64,000 nucleotides of DNA, from NCBI GenBank assembly GCA_964057225.1, contig OZ059896.1, forward strand, positions 744,001 to 808,000, written 5' to 3'. The notes below the pieces were generated by a model. That model saw only the letters and a list, made by a program, of their open reading frames with translations. It was not told the origin of the DNA and searched no databases. Position 1 is the first letter of the stretch. Every line of letters begins with the position of its first letter. The position numbers were made by a program, and so were the translations under genes. Source of the DNA: Auanema rhodensis (taxonomy: Eukaryota > Animalia > Nematoda). Positions 15,101-29,142 of the stretch are shown piece by piece.

Positions 15101-15488
15101 ACATGGGGAATCTAATTTTGAAAACCGCATCTCTTTATCTTTCACGTGAAGCGAGTTACATACCAAGTGCACATCACGTGTACATTTAATTAGCATAAAT
15201 TAAAATTCACGTAAATTTCAAAGTCATGGTTACCATGAACCAATATCAATGAAAATTTGTTTTTAGACTAATATGGACATGGGGAATCTAATTTTGAAAA
15301 CCGCATATCTTTATCTTTCACGTGAAGCGAGTTACATACCAAGTGCACATCACGTGTACATTTAATTAGCATAAATTAAAGTTCACGTAAATTTCAAAGT
15401 CATGGTTACCATGAACCAATATCAATAAAAATTTGTTTTTAGACTAATATGGACATGGGGAATCTAATTTTAAAAACCGCATCTCTTT
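6161..15488 (+). repeat. Dispersed ~7-monomer higher-order block at 6161-7392, 9857-10912 and 14257-15488 (partial 2-monomer copy at 22705-23056)
   Basis: Ordered variants [T4A,CA47AC,A102C,A118C,A155C][C39G,A115G,T127G][T50A,G148A][A102C,A118C][A24G,T114A][G69A,A115G,C171A][G160A]. Copies are 21 and 25 monomers apart, and the middle copy is one monomer shorter. Confidence 0.8.
11265..12672 (+). repeat. 4-monomer (704-bp) tandem duplication
   Basis: [T100A,A102C][G15A,G44T,A102C,G160A][T136C,G140T] starts at 11265 and again at 11969; the same trio starts at 8097. Confidence 0.8.
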
Positions 15489-18400
15489 ATCTTTCACGTG
15501 AAGCGAGTTACATACCAAGTGCACATCACGTGTACATTTAATTAGCATAAATTAAAGTTCACGTAAATTTCAAAGTCATGGTTACAATGAACCAATATCA
15601 ATAAAAATTTGTTTTTAGACTAATATGGACATGGGGAATCTAATTTTGAAAACCGCATCTCTTTATCTTTCACGTGAAGCGAGTTACATACCAAGTGCAC
15701 ATCACGTGTACATTTAATTAGCATAAATTAAAGTTCACGTAAATTTCAAAGTCATGGTTACCATGAACCAATATCAATAAAAATTTGTTTTTAGACTAAT
15801 ATGGACATGGGGAATCTAATTTTGAAAACCGCATCTCTTTATCTTTCACGTGAAGCGAGTTACATACCAAGTGCACATCACGTGTACATTTAATTAGCAT
15901 AAATTAAAGTTCACGTAAATTTCAAAGTCATGGTTACCATGAACCAATATCAATAAAAATTTGTTTTTAGACTAATATGGACATGGGGAATCTAATTTTA
16001 AAAACCGCATCTCTTTATCTTTCACGTGAAGCGAGTTACATACCAAGTGCACATCACGTGTACATTTAATTAGCATAAATTAAAGTTCACGTAAATTTTA
16101 AAGTCATGGTTACAATGAACCAATATCAATAAAAATTTGTTTTTAGACTAATATGGACATGGGGAATCTAATTTTGAAAACCGCATCTCTTTATCTTTCA
16201 CGTGAAGCGAGTTACATACCAAGTGCACATCACGTGTACATTTAATTAGCATAAATTAAAGTTCACGTAAATTTCAAAGTCATGGTTACCATGAACCAAT
16301 ATCAATAAAAATTTGTTTTTAGACTAATATGGACATGGGGAATCTAATTTTAAAAACCGCATCTCTTTATCTTTCACGTGAAGCGAGTTACATACCAAGT
16401 GCATATCACGTGTACATTTAATTAGCATAAATTAAAGTTCACGTAAATTTCAAAGTCATGGTTACCATGAACCAATATCAATAAAAATTTGTTTTTAGAC
16501 TAATATGGACATGGGAAATCTAAATTTGGAAACCGCATCTCTTTATCTTTCACGTGAAGCGAGTTACATACCAAGTGCACATCACGTGTACATTTAATTA
16601 GCACAAATTAAAGTTCACGTAAATTTCAAAGTCATGGTTACCATGAACCAATATCAATAAAAATTTGTTTTTAGACTAATATGGACATGGGAAATCTAAT
16701 TTTGAAAACCGCATCTCTTTATCTTTTACGTGAAGCGAGTTACATACCAAGTGCACATCACGTGTACATTTAATTAGCATAAATTAAAGTTCACGTTAAT
16801 TTCAAAGTCATGGTTACCATGCACCAATATCAATCAAAATTTGTTTTTAGACTAATATGGACATGGGGAATCTAATTTTGAAAACCGCATCTCTTTATCT
16901 TTCACGTGAAGCGAGTTACATACCAAGTGCACATCACGTGTACATTTAATTAGCATAAATTAAAGTTCACGTAAATTTCAAAGTCATGGTTATCATGAAC
17001 CAATATCAATAAAAATTTGTTTTTAGACTAATATGGACATGGGAAATCTAATTTTGAAAACCGCATCTCTTTATCTTTTACGTGAAGCGAGTTACATACC
17101 AAGTGCACATCACGTGTACATTTAATTAGCATAAATTAAAGTTCACGTAAATTTCAAAGTCATGGTTACCAAGCACCAATATCAATAAAAATTTGTTTTT
17201 AGACTAATATGGACATGAGGAATCTAATTTTGAAAACCGCATCTCTTTATCTTTCACGTGAAACGAGTTACATACCAAGTGCACATCACGTGTACATTAA
17301 ATTAGCATAAATTAAAGTTCACGTAAATTTCAAAGTCATGGTTACCATGCACCAATATCAATAAAAATTTGTTTTTAGACTAACATGTACATGGGGAATC
17401 TAATTTTGAAAACCGCATCTCTTTATCTTTCACGTGAAGCGAGTTACATACCAAGTGCACATCACGTGTACATTTAATTAGCATAAATTAAAGTTCACGT
17501 AAATTTCAAAGTCATGGTTACCATGAACCAATATCAATAAAAATTTGTTTTTAGACTAATATGGACATGGGGAATCTAATTTTGAAAACCGCATCTCTTT
17601 ATCTTTCACGTGAAGCGAGTTACGTACCAAGTGCACATCACGTGTACATTTAATTAGCATAATTTAAAGTTCACGTAAATTTCAAAGTCATGGTTACAAT
17701 GAACCAATATCAATAAAAATTTGTTTTTAGACTAATATGGACATGGGGAATCTAATTTTGAAAACCGCATCTCTTTATCTTTCACGTGAAGCGAGTTACA
17801 TACCAAGTGTACATCACGTGTACATTTAATTAGCATAAATTAAAGTTCACGTAAATTTCAAAGTCATGGTTACCATGAACCAATATCAATAAAAATTTGT
17901 TTTTAGACTAACATGTACATGGGGAATCTAATTTTGAAAACCGCATCTCTTTATCTTTCACGTGAAGCGAGTTACATACCAAGTGCACATCACGTGTACA
18001 TTTAATTAGCATAAATTAAAGTTCACGTAAATTTCAAAGTCATGGTTACCATGAACCAATATCAATAAAAATTTGTTTTTAGACTAATATGGACATGGGG
18101 AATCTAATTTTAAAAACCGCATCTCTTTATCATTCACGTGAAGCGAGTTACATACCAAATGCACATCACGTGTACATTTAATTAGCATAAATTAAAGTTC
18201 ACGTAAATTTCAAAGTCATGGTTACCATGAACCAATATCAATAAAAATTTGTTTTTAGACTAACATGTACATGGGGAATCTAATTTTGAAAACCGCATCT
18301 CTTTATCTTTCACGTGAAGCGAGTTACATACCAAGTGCACATCACGTGTACATTTAATTAGCATAAATTAAAGTTCACGTAAATTTCAAAGTCATGGTTA

Positions 18401-21400
18401 CCATGAACCAATATCAATAAAAATTTGTTTTTAGACTAATATGGACATGGGGAATCTAATTTTGAAAACCGCATCTCTTTATCTTTCACGTGAAGCGAGT
18501 TACGTACCAAGTGCACATCACGTGTACATTTAATTAGCATAAATTAAAGTTCACGTAAATTTCAAAGTCATGGTTACAATGAACCAATATCAATAAAAAT
18601 TTGTTTTTAGACTAATATGGACATGGGGAATCTAATTTTGAAAACCGCATCTCTTTATCTTTCACGTGAAGCGAGTTACATACCAAGTGTACATCACGTG
18701 TACATTTAATTAGCATAAATTAAAGTTCACGTAAATTTCAAAGTCATGGTTACCATGAACCAATATCAATAAAAATTTGTTTTTAGACTAACATGTACAT
18801 GGGGAATCTAATTTTGAAAACCGCATCTCTTTATCTTTCACGTGAAGCGAGTTACATACCAAGTGCACATCACGTGTACATTTAATTAGCATAAATTAAA
18901 GTTCACGTAAATTTCAAAGTCATGGTTACAATGAACCAATATCAATAAAAATTTGTTTTTAGACTAATATGGACATGGGGAATCTAATTTTGAAAACCGC
19001 ATCTCTTTATCTTTCACGTGAAGCGAGTTACGTACCAAGTGCACATCACGTGTACATTTAATTAGCATAAATTAAAGTTCACGTAAATTTCAAAGTCATG
19101 GTTACAATGAACCAATATCAATAAAAATTTGTTTTTAGACTAATATGGACATGGGGAATCTAATTTTGAAAACCGCATCTCTTTATCTTTCACGTGAAGC
19201 GAGTTACATACCAAGTGCACATCACGTGTACATTTAATTAGCATAAATTAAAGTTCACGTAAATTTCAAAGTCATGGTTACAATGAACCAATATCAATAA
19301 AAATTTGTTTTTAGACTAATATGGACATGGGGAATCTAATTTTGAAAACCGCATCTCTTTATCTTTCACGTGAAGCGAGTTACGTACCAAGTGCACATCA
19401 CGTGTACATTTAATTAGCATAAATTAAAGTTCACGTAAATTTCAAAGTCATGGTTACAATGAACCAATATCAATAAAAATTTGTTTTTAGACTAATATGG
19501 ACATGGGGAATCTAATTTTGAAAACCGCATCTCTTTATCTTTCACGTGAAGCGAGTTACATACCAAGTGTACATCACGTGTACATTTAATTAGCATAAAT
19601 TAAAGTTCACGTAAATTTCAAAGTCATGGTTACCATGAACCAATATCAATAAAAATTTGTTTTTAGACTAACATGTACATGGGGAATCTAATTTTGAAAA
19701 CCGCATCTCTTTATCTTTCACGTGAAGCGAGTTACATACCAAGTGCACATCACGTGTACATTTAATTAGCATAAATTAAAGTTCACGTAAATTTCAAAGT
19801 CATGGTTACCATGAACCAATATCAATAAAAATTTGTTTTTAGACTAAAATGGACATGGGGAATCTAATTTTGAAAACCGCATCTCTTTATCATTCACGTG
19901 AAGCGAGTTACATACCAAGTGCACATCACGTGTACATTTAATTAGTATAAATTAAAGTTCACGTAAATTTCAAAGTCATGGTTACCATGAACCAGTATCA
20001 ATAAAAATTTGTTTTTAGACTAATATGGACATGGGAAATCTAATTTTGAAAACCGTATCTCTTTATCTTTTACGTGAAGCTAGTTACATACCAAGTGCAC
20101 ATCACGTGTACATTTAATTAGCATAAATTAAAGTTCACGTAAATTTCAAAGTCATGGTTACCATGCACCAATATCAATAAACATTTGTTTTTAGACTAAT
20201 ATGGACATGGGGAATCTAATTTTGAAAACCGCATCTCTTTATCTTTCACGTGAAGCGAGTTACGTACCAAGTGCACATCACGTGTACATTTTATTAGCAT
20301 AAATTAAAGTTCACGTAAATTTCAAAGTCATGGTTACAATGAACCAATATCAATAAAAAATTGTTTTTAGACTAATATGGACATGGGGAATCTAATTTTG
20401 AAAACCGCATCTCTTTATCTTTCACGTGAAGCGAGTTACATACCAAGTGCACATCACGTGTACATTTAATTAGCATAAATTAAAGTTCACGTAAATTTCA
20501 AAGTCATGGTTACCATGAACCAATATCAATAAAAATTTGTTTTTAGACTAACATGTACATGGGAAATCTAATTTTGAAAACCGCATCTCTTTATCTTTTA
20601 CGTGAAGCTAGTTACATACCAAGTGCACATCACGTGTACATTTAATTAGCATAAATTAAAGTTCACGTAAATTTCAAAGTCATGGTTACCATGCACCAAT
20701 ATCAATAAACATTTGTTTTTAGACTAATATGGACATGGGGAATCTAATTTTGAAAACCGCATCTCTTTATCTTTCACGTGAAGCGAGTTACGTACCAAGT
20801 GCACATCACGTGTACATTTAATTAGCATAAATTAAAGTTCACGTAAATTTCAAAGTCATGGTTACAATGAACCAATATCAATAAAAATTTGTTTTTAGAC
20901 TAATATGGACATGGGGAATCTAATTTTGAAAACCGCATCTCTTTATCTTTCACGTGAAGCGAGTTACATACCAAGTGCACATCACGTGTACATTTAATTA
21001 GCATAAATTAAAGTTCACGTAAATTTCAAAGTCATGGTTACCATGAACCAATATCAATAAAAATTTGTTTTTAGACTAATATGGACATGGGGAATCTAAT
21101 TTTGAAAACCGCATCTCTTTATCTTTCACGTGAAGCGAGTTACGTACCAAGTGCACATCACGTGTACATTTAATTAGCATAAATTAAAGTTCACGTAAAT
21201 TTCAAAGTCATGGTTACCATGAACCAATATCAATAAAAATTTGTTTTTAGACTAACATGTACATGGGGAATCTAATTTTGAAAACCGAATCTCTTTATCT
21301 TTTACGTGAAGCGAGTTACATACCAAGTGCACATCACGTGTACATTTAATTAGCATAAATTAAAGTTCACGTAAATTTCAAAGTCATGGTTACCATGAAC

Positions 21401-24400
21401 CAATATCAATAAAAATTTGTTTTTAGACTAATATGGACATGGGGAATCTAATTTTGAAAACCGCATCTCTTTATCTTTCACGTGAAGCGAGTTACGTACC
21501 AAGTGCACATCACGTGTACATTTAATTAGCATAAATTAAAGTTCACGTAAATTTCAAAGTCATGGTTACAATGAACCAATATCAATAAAAATTTGTTTTT
21601 AGACTAATATGGACATGGGGAATCTACTTTTGAAAACCGCATCTCTTTATCTTTCACGTGAAGCGAGTTACATACCAAGTGCACATCACGTGTACATTTA
21701 ATTAGCATAAATTAAAGTTCACGTAAATTTCAAAGTCATGGTTACCATGAACCAATATCAATAAAAATTTGTTTTTAGACTAATATGGACATGGGGAATC
21801 TAATTTTGAAAACCGCATCTCTTTATCTTTCACGTGAAGCGAGTTACGTACCAAGTGCACATCACGTGTACATTTAATTAGCATAAATTAAAGTTCACGT
21901 AAATTTCAAAGTCATGGTTACAATGAACCAATATCAATAAAAATTTGTTTTTAGACTAATATGGACATGGGGAATCTAATTTTGAAAACCGCATCTCTTT
22001 ATCTTTCACGTGAAGCGAGTTACATACCAAGTGCACATCACGTGTACATTTAATTAGCATAAATTAAAGTTCACGTAAATTTCAAAGTCATGGTTACCAT
22101 GAACCAATATCAATAAAAATTTGTTTTTAGACTAACATGTACATGGGGAATCTAATTTTGAAAACCGCATCTCTTTGTCTTTCACGTGAAGCGAGTTACA
22201 TACCAAGTGCTTATCACGTGTACATTTAATTAGCATAAATTAAAGTTCACGTAAATTTCAAAGTCATGGTTACCATGAACCAATATCAATAAAAATTTGT
22301 TTTTAGACTAATATGGACATGGGGAATCTAATTTTGAAAACCGCATCTCATTATCTTTCACGTGAAGCGAGTTACATACCAAGTGCACATCACGTGTACA
22401 TTTAATTAGCATAAATTAAAATTCACGTAAATTTCAAAGTCATGGTTACCATGAACCAATATCAATAAAAATTTGTTTTTAGACTAATATGGACATGGGG
22501 AATCTAACTTTGAAAACCGCATCTCTTTATCTTTCACGTGAAGCGAGTTACATACCAAGTGCACATCACGTGTACATTTAATTAGCATAAATTAAAGTTC
22601 ACGTAAATTTCAAAGTCATGGTTACCATGAACCAATATCAATAAAAATTTGTTTTTAGACTAATATGGACATGGGGAATCTAATTTTGAAAACCGCATCT
22701 CTTTATCATTCACGTGAAGCGAGTTACATACCAAGTGCACATCACGTGTACATTTAATTAGCATAAATTAAAGTTCACGTAAATTTCAAAGTCATGGTTA
22801 CCATGCACCAATATCAATAAACATTTGTTTTTAGACTAATATGGACATGGGGAATCTACTTTTGAAAACCGCATCTCTTTATCTTTCACGTGAAGCGAGT
22901 TACATACCAAGTGCACATGACGTGTACATTTAATTAGCATAAATTAAAGTTCACGTAAATTTCAAAGTCATGGTTACCATGAACCAATATCAATGAAAAT
23001 TTGTTTGTAGACTAATATGGACATGGGGAATCTAATTTTGAAAACCGCATCTCTTTATCTTTCACGTGAAGCGAGTTACATACCAAGTGCACATCACGTG
23101 TACATTTAATTAGCATAAATTAAAGTTCACGTAAATTTCAAAGTCATGGTTATCATGAACCAATATCAATAAAAATTTGTTTTTAGACTAATATGGACAT
23201 GGGAAATCTAATTTTGAAAACCGCATCTCTTTATCTTTCACGTGAAACGAGTTACATACCAAGTGCACATCACGTGTACATTTAATTAGCATAAATTAAA
23301 GTTCACGTAAATTTCAAAGTCATGGTTACCATGCACCAATATCAATAAAAATTTGTTTTTAGACTAATATGGACATGGGGAATCTAATTTCAAAAACCGC
23401 ATCTCTTTATCTTTCACGTGAAGCGAGTTACATACCAAGTGCACATCACGTGTACATTTAATTAGCATAAATTAAAGTTCACGTAAATTTCAAAGTCATG
23501 GTTACCATGAACCAATATCAATAAAAATTTGTTTTTAGACTAACATGTACATGGGGAATCTAATTTTGAAAACCGCATCTCTTTATCTTTCACGTGAAGC
23601 GAGTTACATACCAAGTGCACATCACGTGTACATTTAATTAGCATAAATTAAAGTTCACGTAAATTTCAAAGTCATGGTTACCATGCACCAATATCAATAA
23701 AAATTTGTTTTTAGACTAATATGGACATGGGGAATCGAATTTTGAAAACCGCATCTTTTTATCTTTCACGTGAAGCGAGTTACATACCAAGTGCACATCA
23801 CGTGTACATTTAATTAGCATAAATTAAAATTCACGTAAATTTCAAAGTCATGGTTACCATGAACCAATATCAATAAAAATTTGTTTTTAGACTAATATGG
23901 ACATGGGGAATCTAATTTTGAAAACCGCATCTCTTTATCTTTCACGTGAAGCGAGTTACATACCAAGTGCACATCACGTGTACATTTAATTAGCATGAAT
24001 TAAAGTTCACGTAAATTTCAAAGTCATGGGTACCATGAAACAATATTAATAAAAATTTGTTTTTAGACTAATATGGACATGGGGAATCTAATTTTGATAA
24101 CCACATCTCTTTATCTTTCACGTGAAGCGAGTTACATACCAAGTGCACATCACGTGTACATTTAATTAGCATAAATTAAAGTTCACGTAAATTTCAAAGT
24201 CATGGTTACCATGAACCAATATCAATAAAAATTTGTAATTAGACTAATATGGACATGGGGAATCTAATTTTGGAAACCGCATCTTTTTATCTTTCACGTG
24301 AAGCGAGTTACATACCAAGTGCACATCACGTGTACATTTAATTAGCATAAATTAAAGTTCACGTAAATTTCAAAGTCATGGTTACCATGAACCAATATCA

Positions 24401-27400
24401 ATAAAAATTTGTTTTTAGACTAATATGGACATGGGAAATCTAATTTTGAAAACCGCATCTCTTTATCTTTCACGTGAAGCGAGTTACATACCAAGTGCAC
24501 ATCACGTGTACATTTAATTAGCATAAATTAAAATTCACGTAAATTTCAAAGTCATGGTTACCATGAACCAATATCAATAAAAATTTGTTTTTAGACTAAT
24601 ATGGACATGGGGAATCTAATTTTGAAAACCGCATCTCTTTATCTTTCACGTGAAGCGAGTTACATACCAAGTGCACATCACGTGTACATTTAATTAGCAT
24701 AAATTAAAGTTCACGTAAATTTCAAAGTCATGGTTACCATGAACCAATATCAATAAAAATTTGTTTTTAGACTAATATGGACATGGGGAATCTAATTTTG
24801 AAAACCGCATCTCTTTATCTTTCACGTGAAGCGAGTTACATACCAAGTGCACATCACGTGTACATTTAATTAGCATGAATTAAAGTTCACGTAAATTTCA
24901 AAGTCATGGGTACCATGAAACAATATTAATAAAAATTTGTTTTTAGACTAATATGGACATGGGGAATCTAATTTTGATAACCACATCTCTTTATCTTTCA
25001 CGTGAAGCGAGTTACATACCAAGTGCACATCACGTGTACATTTAATTAGCATAAATTAAAGTTCACGTAAATTTCAAAGTCATGGTTATCATGAACCAAT
25101 ATCAATAAAAATTTGTTTTTAGACTAATATGGACATGGGGAATCTAATTTTGAAAACCGCATCTCTTTTTCTTTCACGTGAAGCGAGTTACATACCAAGT
25201 GCACATGACGTGTACATTTAATTAGCATAAATTAAAGTTCACGTAAATTTCAAAGTCATGGTTACCATGAACCAATATCAATAAAAATTTGGTTTTAGAC
25301 TAATATGGACATGGGGAATCTGATTTTGAAAACCGCATCTCTTTATCTTTCACGTGAAGCGAGTTACATACCAAGTGCACATCACGTGTACATTTAATTA
25401 GCATAAATTAAAGTTCACGTAAATTTCAAAGTCATGGTGACCATGAACCAATATCAATAAAAATTTGTTTTTAGACTAATATGGACATGGGGAATCTAAT
25501 TTTGAAAACCGCATCTCTTTATCTTTCACGTGAAGCGAGTTACATACCAAGTGCACATCACGTGTACATTTAATTAGCATAAATTAAAGTTCACGTAAAT
25601 TTCAAAGTCATGGTTACCATGAACCAATATCAATAAAAATTTGTAATTAGACTAATATGGACATGGGGAATCTAATTTTGGAAACCGCATCTCTTTATCT
25701 TTCACGTGAAGCGAGTTACATACCAAGTGCACATCACGTGTACATTTAATTAGCATAAATTAAAGTTCACGTAAATTTCAAAGTCATGGTTACCATGAAC
25801 CAATATCAATAAAAATTTGTTTTTAGACTAATATGGACATGGGAAATCTAATTTTGAAAACCGCATCTCTTCATCTTTCACGTGAAGCGAGTTACATACC
25901 AAGTGCACATCACGTGTACATTTAATTAGTATAAATTAAAGTTCACGTAAATTTCAAAGTCATGGTTACCATGAACCAGTATCAATAAAAATTTGTTTTT
26001 AGACTAATATGGACATGGGAAATCTAATTTTGAGAACCGCATCTCTTTATCTTTTACGTGAAGCTAGTTACATACCAAGTGCACATCACGTATACATTTA
26101 ATTAGCATAAATTAAAGTTCACGTAAATTTCAAAGTCATGGTTACCATGCACCAATATCAATAAAAATTTGTTTTTAGACTAATATGGACATGGGGAATC
26201 TAATTTTGAAAACCGCATCTCTTTATCTTTCACGTGAAGCGAGTTACATACCAAGTGCACATGACGTGTACATTTAATTAGCATAAATTAAAGTTCACGT
26301 AAATTTCAAAGTCATGGTTACCATGAACCAATATCAATAAAAATTTGTTTTTAGACTAATATGGACATGGGGAATCTAATTTTGGAAACCGCATCTCTTT
26401 ATCTTTCACGTGAAGCGAGTTACATACCAAGTGCACATCACGTGTACATTTAATTAGCATAAATTAAAGTTCACGTAAATTTCAAAGTCATGGTTACCAT
26501 GAACCAATATCAATAAAAATTTGTTTTTAGACTAATTTGGACATGGGAAATCTAATTTTGAAAACCGCATCTCTTTATCTTTCACGTGAAGCGAGTTACA
26601 TACCAAGTGCACATCACGTGTACATTTAATTAGTATAAATTAAAGTTCACGTAAATTTCAAAGTCATGGTTACCATGAACCAGTATCAATAAAAATTTGT
26701 TTTTAGACTAATATGGACATGGGAAATCTAATTTTGAAAACCGCATCTCTTTATCTTTTACGTGAAGCTAGTTACATACCAAGTGCACATCACGTGTACA
26801 TTTAATTAGCATAAATTAAAGTTCACGTAAATTTCAAAGTCATGGTTACCATGCACCAATATCAATAAAAATTTGTTTTTAGACTAATATGGACATGGGG
26901 AATCTAATTTTGAAAACCGCATCTCTTTATCTTTCACGTGAAGCGAGTTACATACCAAGTGCACATCACGTGTACATTTAATTAGCATAAATTAAAGTTC
27001 ACGTAAATTTCAAAGTCATGGTTACCATGAACCAATATCAATAAAAATTTGTTTTTAGACTAATATGGACATGGGGAATCTAATTTTGAAAACCGCATCT
27101 CTTTATCTTTCACGTGAAGCGAGTTACATACCAAGTGCACATCACGTGTACATTTAATTAGCATAAATTAAAGTTCACGTAAATTTCAAAGTCATGGTTA
27201 CCATGAACCAATATCAATAAAAATTTGTTTTTAGACTAATATGGACATGGGGAATCTAATTTCGAAAACCGCATCTCTTTATCTTTCACGTGAAGCGAGT
27301 TACATACCAAGTGCACATCACGTGTACATTTAATTAGCATAAATTAAAGTTCACGTAAATTTCAAAGTCATGGTTACCATGAACCAATATCAATAAAAAT

Positions 27401-29044
27401 TTGTTTTTAGACTAATATGGACATGGGAAATCTAATTTTGAAAACCGCATCTCTTTATCTTTTACGTGAAGCGAGTTACATACCAAGTGCACATCACGTG
27501 TACATTTAATTAGCATAAATTAAAGTTCACGTAAATTTCAAAGTCATGGTTACCATGAACCAGTATCAATAAAAATTTGTTTTTAGACTAATATGGACAT
27601 GGGAAATCTAATTTTGAAAACCGCATCTCTTTATCTTTTACGTGAAGCTAGTTACATACCAAGTGCACATCACGTGTACATTTAATTAGCATAAATTAAA
27701 GTTCACGTAAATTTCAAAGTCATGGTTACCATGAACCAATATCAATAAAAATTTGTTTTTAGACTAATATGGACATGGGAAATCTAATTTTGAAAACCGC
27801 ATCTCTTTATCTTTCACGTGAAGCGAGTTACATACCAAGTGCACATCACGTGTACATTTAATTAGTATAAATTAAAGTTCACGTAAATTTCAAAGTCATG
27901 GTTACCATGAACCAGTATCAATAAAAATTTGTTTTTAGACTAATATGGACATGGGAAATCTAATTTTGAAAACCGCATCTCTTTATCTTTTACGTGAAGC
28001 TAGTTACATACCAAGTGCACATCACGTGTACATTTAATTAGCATAAATTAAAGTTCACGTAAATTTCAAAGTCATGGTTACCATGCACCAATATCAATAA
28101 AAATTTGTTTTTAGACTAATATGGACATGGGGAATCTAATTTTGAAAACCGCATCTCTTTATCTTTCACGTGAAGCGAGTTACATACCAAGTGCACATGA
28201 CGTGTACATTTAATTAGCATAAATTAAAGTTCACGTAAATTTCAAAGTCATGGTTACCATGAACCAATATCAATAAAAATTTGTTTTTAGACTAATATGG
28301 ACATGGGAAATCTAATTTTGAAAACCGCATCTCTTTATCTTTCACGTGAAGCGAGTTACATACCAAGTGCACATCACGTGTACATTCAATTAGCATAAAT
28401 TAAAGTTCACGTAAATTTCAAAGTCATGGTGACCATGAACCAATATCAATAAAAATTTGTTTTTAGACTAATATGGACATGGGGAATCTAATTTTGAAAA
28501 CCGCATCTCTTTTTCTTTCACGTGAAGCGAGTTAGATACCAAGTGCACATCACGTGTACATTTAATTAGCATAAATTAAAGTTCACGTAAATTTCAAAGT
28601 CATGGTTACCATGAACCAATATCAATAAAAATTTGTTTTTAGACTAATATGGACATGGGAAATCTAATTTTGAAAACCGCATCTCTTTATCTTTCACGTG
28701 AAGCGAGTTACATACCAAGTGCACATCACGTGTACATTTAATTAGTATAAATTAAAGTTCACGTAAATTTCAAAGTCATGGTTACCATGAACCAGTATCA
28801 ATAAAAATTTGTTTTTAGACTAATATGGACATGGGAAATCTAATTTTGAAAACCGCATCTCTTTATCTTTTACGTGAAGCTAGTTACATACCAAGTGCAC
28901 ATCACGTGTACATTTAATTAGCATAAATTAAAGTTCACGTAAATTTCAAAGTCATGGTTACCATGCACCAATATCAATAAAAATTTGTTTTTAGACTAAT
29001 ATGGACATGGGGAATCTAATTTTGAAAACCGCATCTCTTTATCT

Positions 29045-29116
29045 TTCACGTGAAGCGAGTTACATACCAAGTGCACATCACGTGTACATTTAATTAGCAT
29101 AAATTAAAGTTCACGT
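29045..29116. other. Three phased TCACGT cores per monomer: TTCACGTGAA palindrome (pos 5-14), ATCACGTG (pos 37-44), TTCACGTA (pos 70-77); two are canonical CACGTG E-box/G-box motifs
   Basis: Read directly. TCACGT starts at monomer positions 6, 38 and 71 (spacing 32 and 33 bp). Protein binding is not demonstrated. Confidence 0.85.
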
Positions 29117-29127
29117 AAATTTCAAAG

Positions 29128-29142
29128 TCATGGTTACCATGA
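29128..29142. other. 15-bp 7-1-7 palindrome TCATGGT-T-ACCATGA (monomer pos 88-102)
   Basis: The reverse complement TCATGGTAACCATGA differs only at the centre base. The common variant T95G changes only that centre, whereas A102C, C97T and C98A break an arm. Confidence 0.9.

Noticed and set aside
27260-27277. Possible CENP-B box created by T159C (TTCGAAAACCGC)
   Set aside because: It does not fit TTCGNNNNANNCGGG; both the conserved A and the CGGG are missing.
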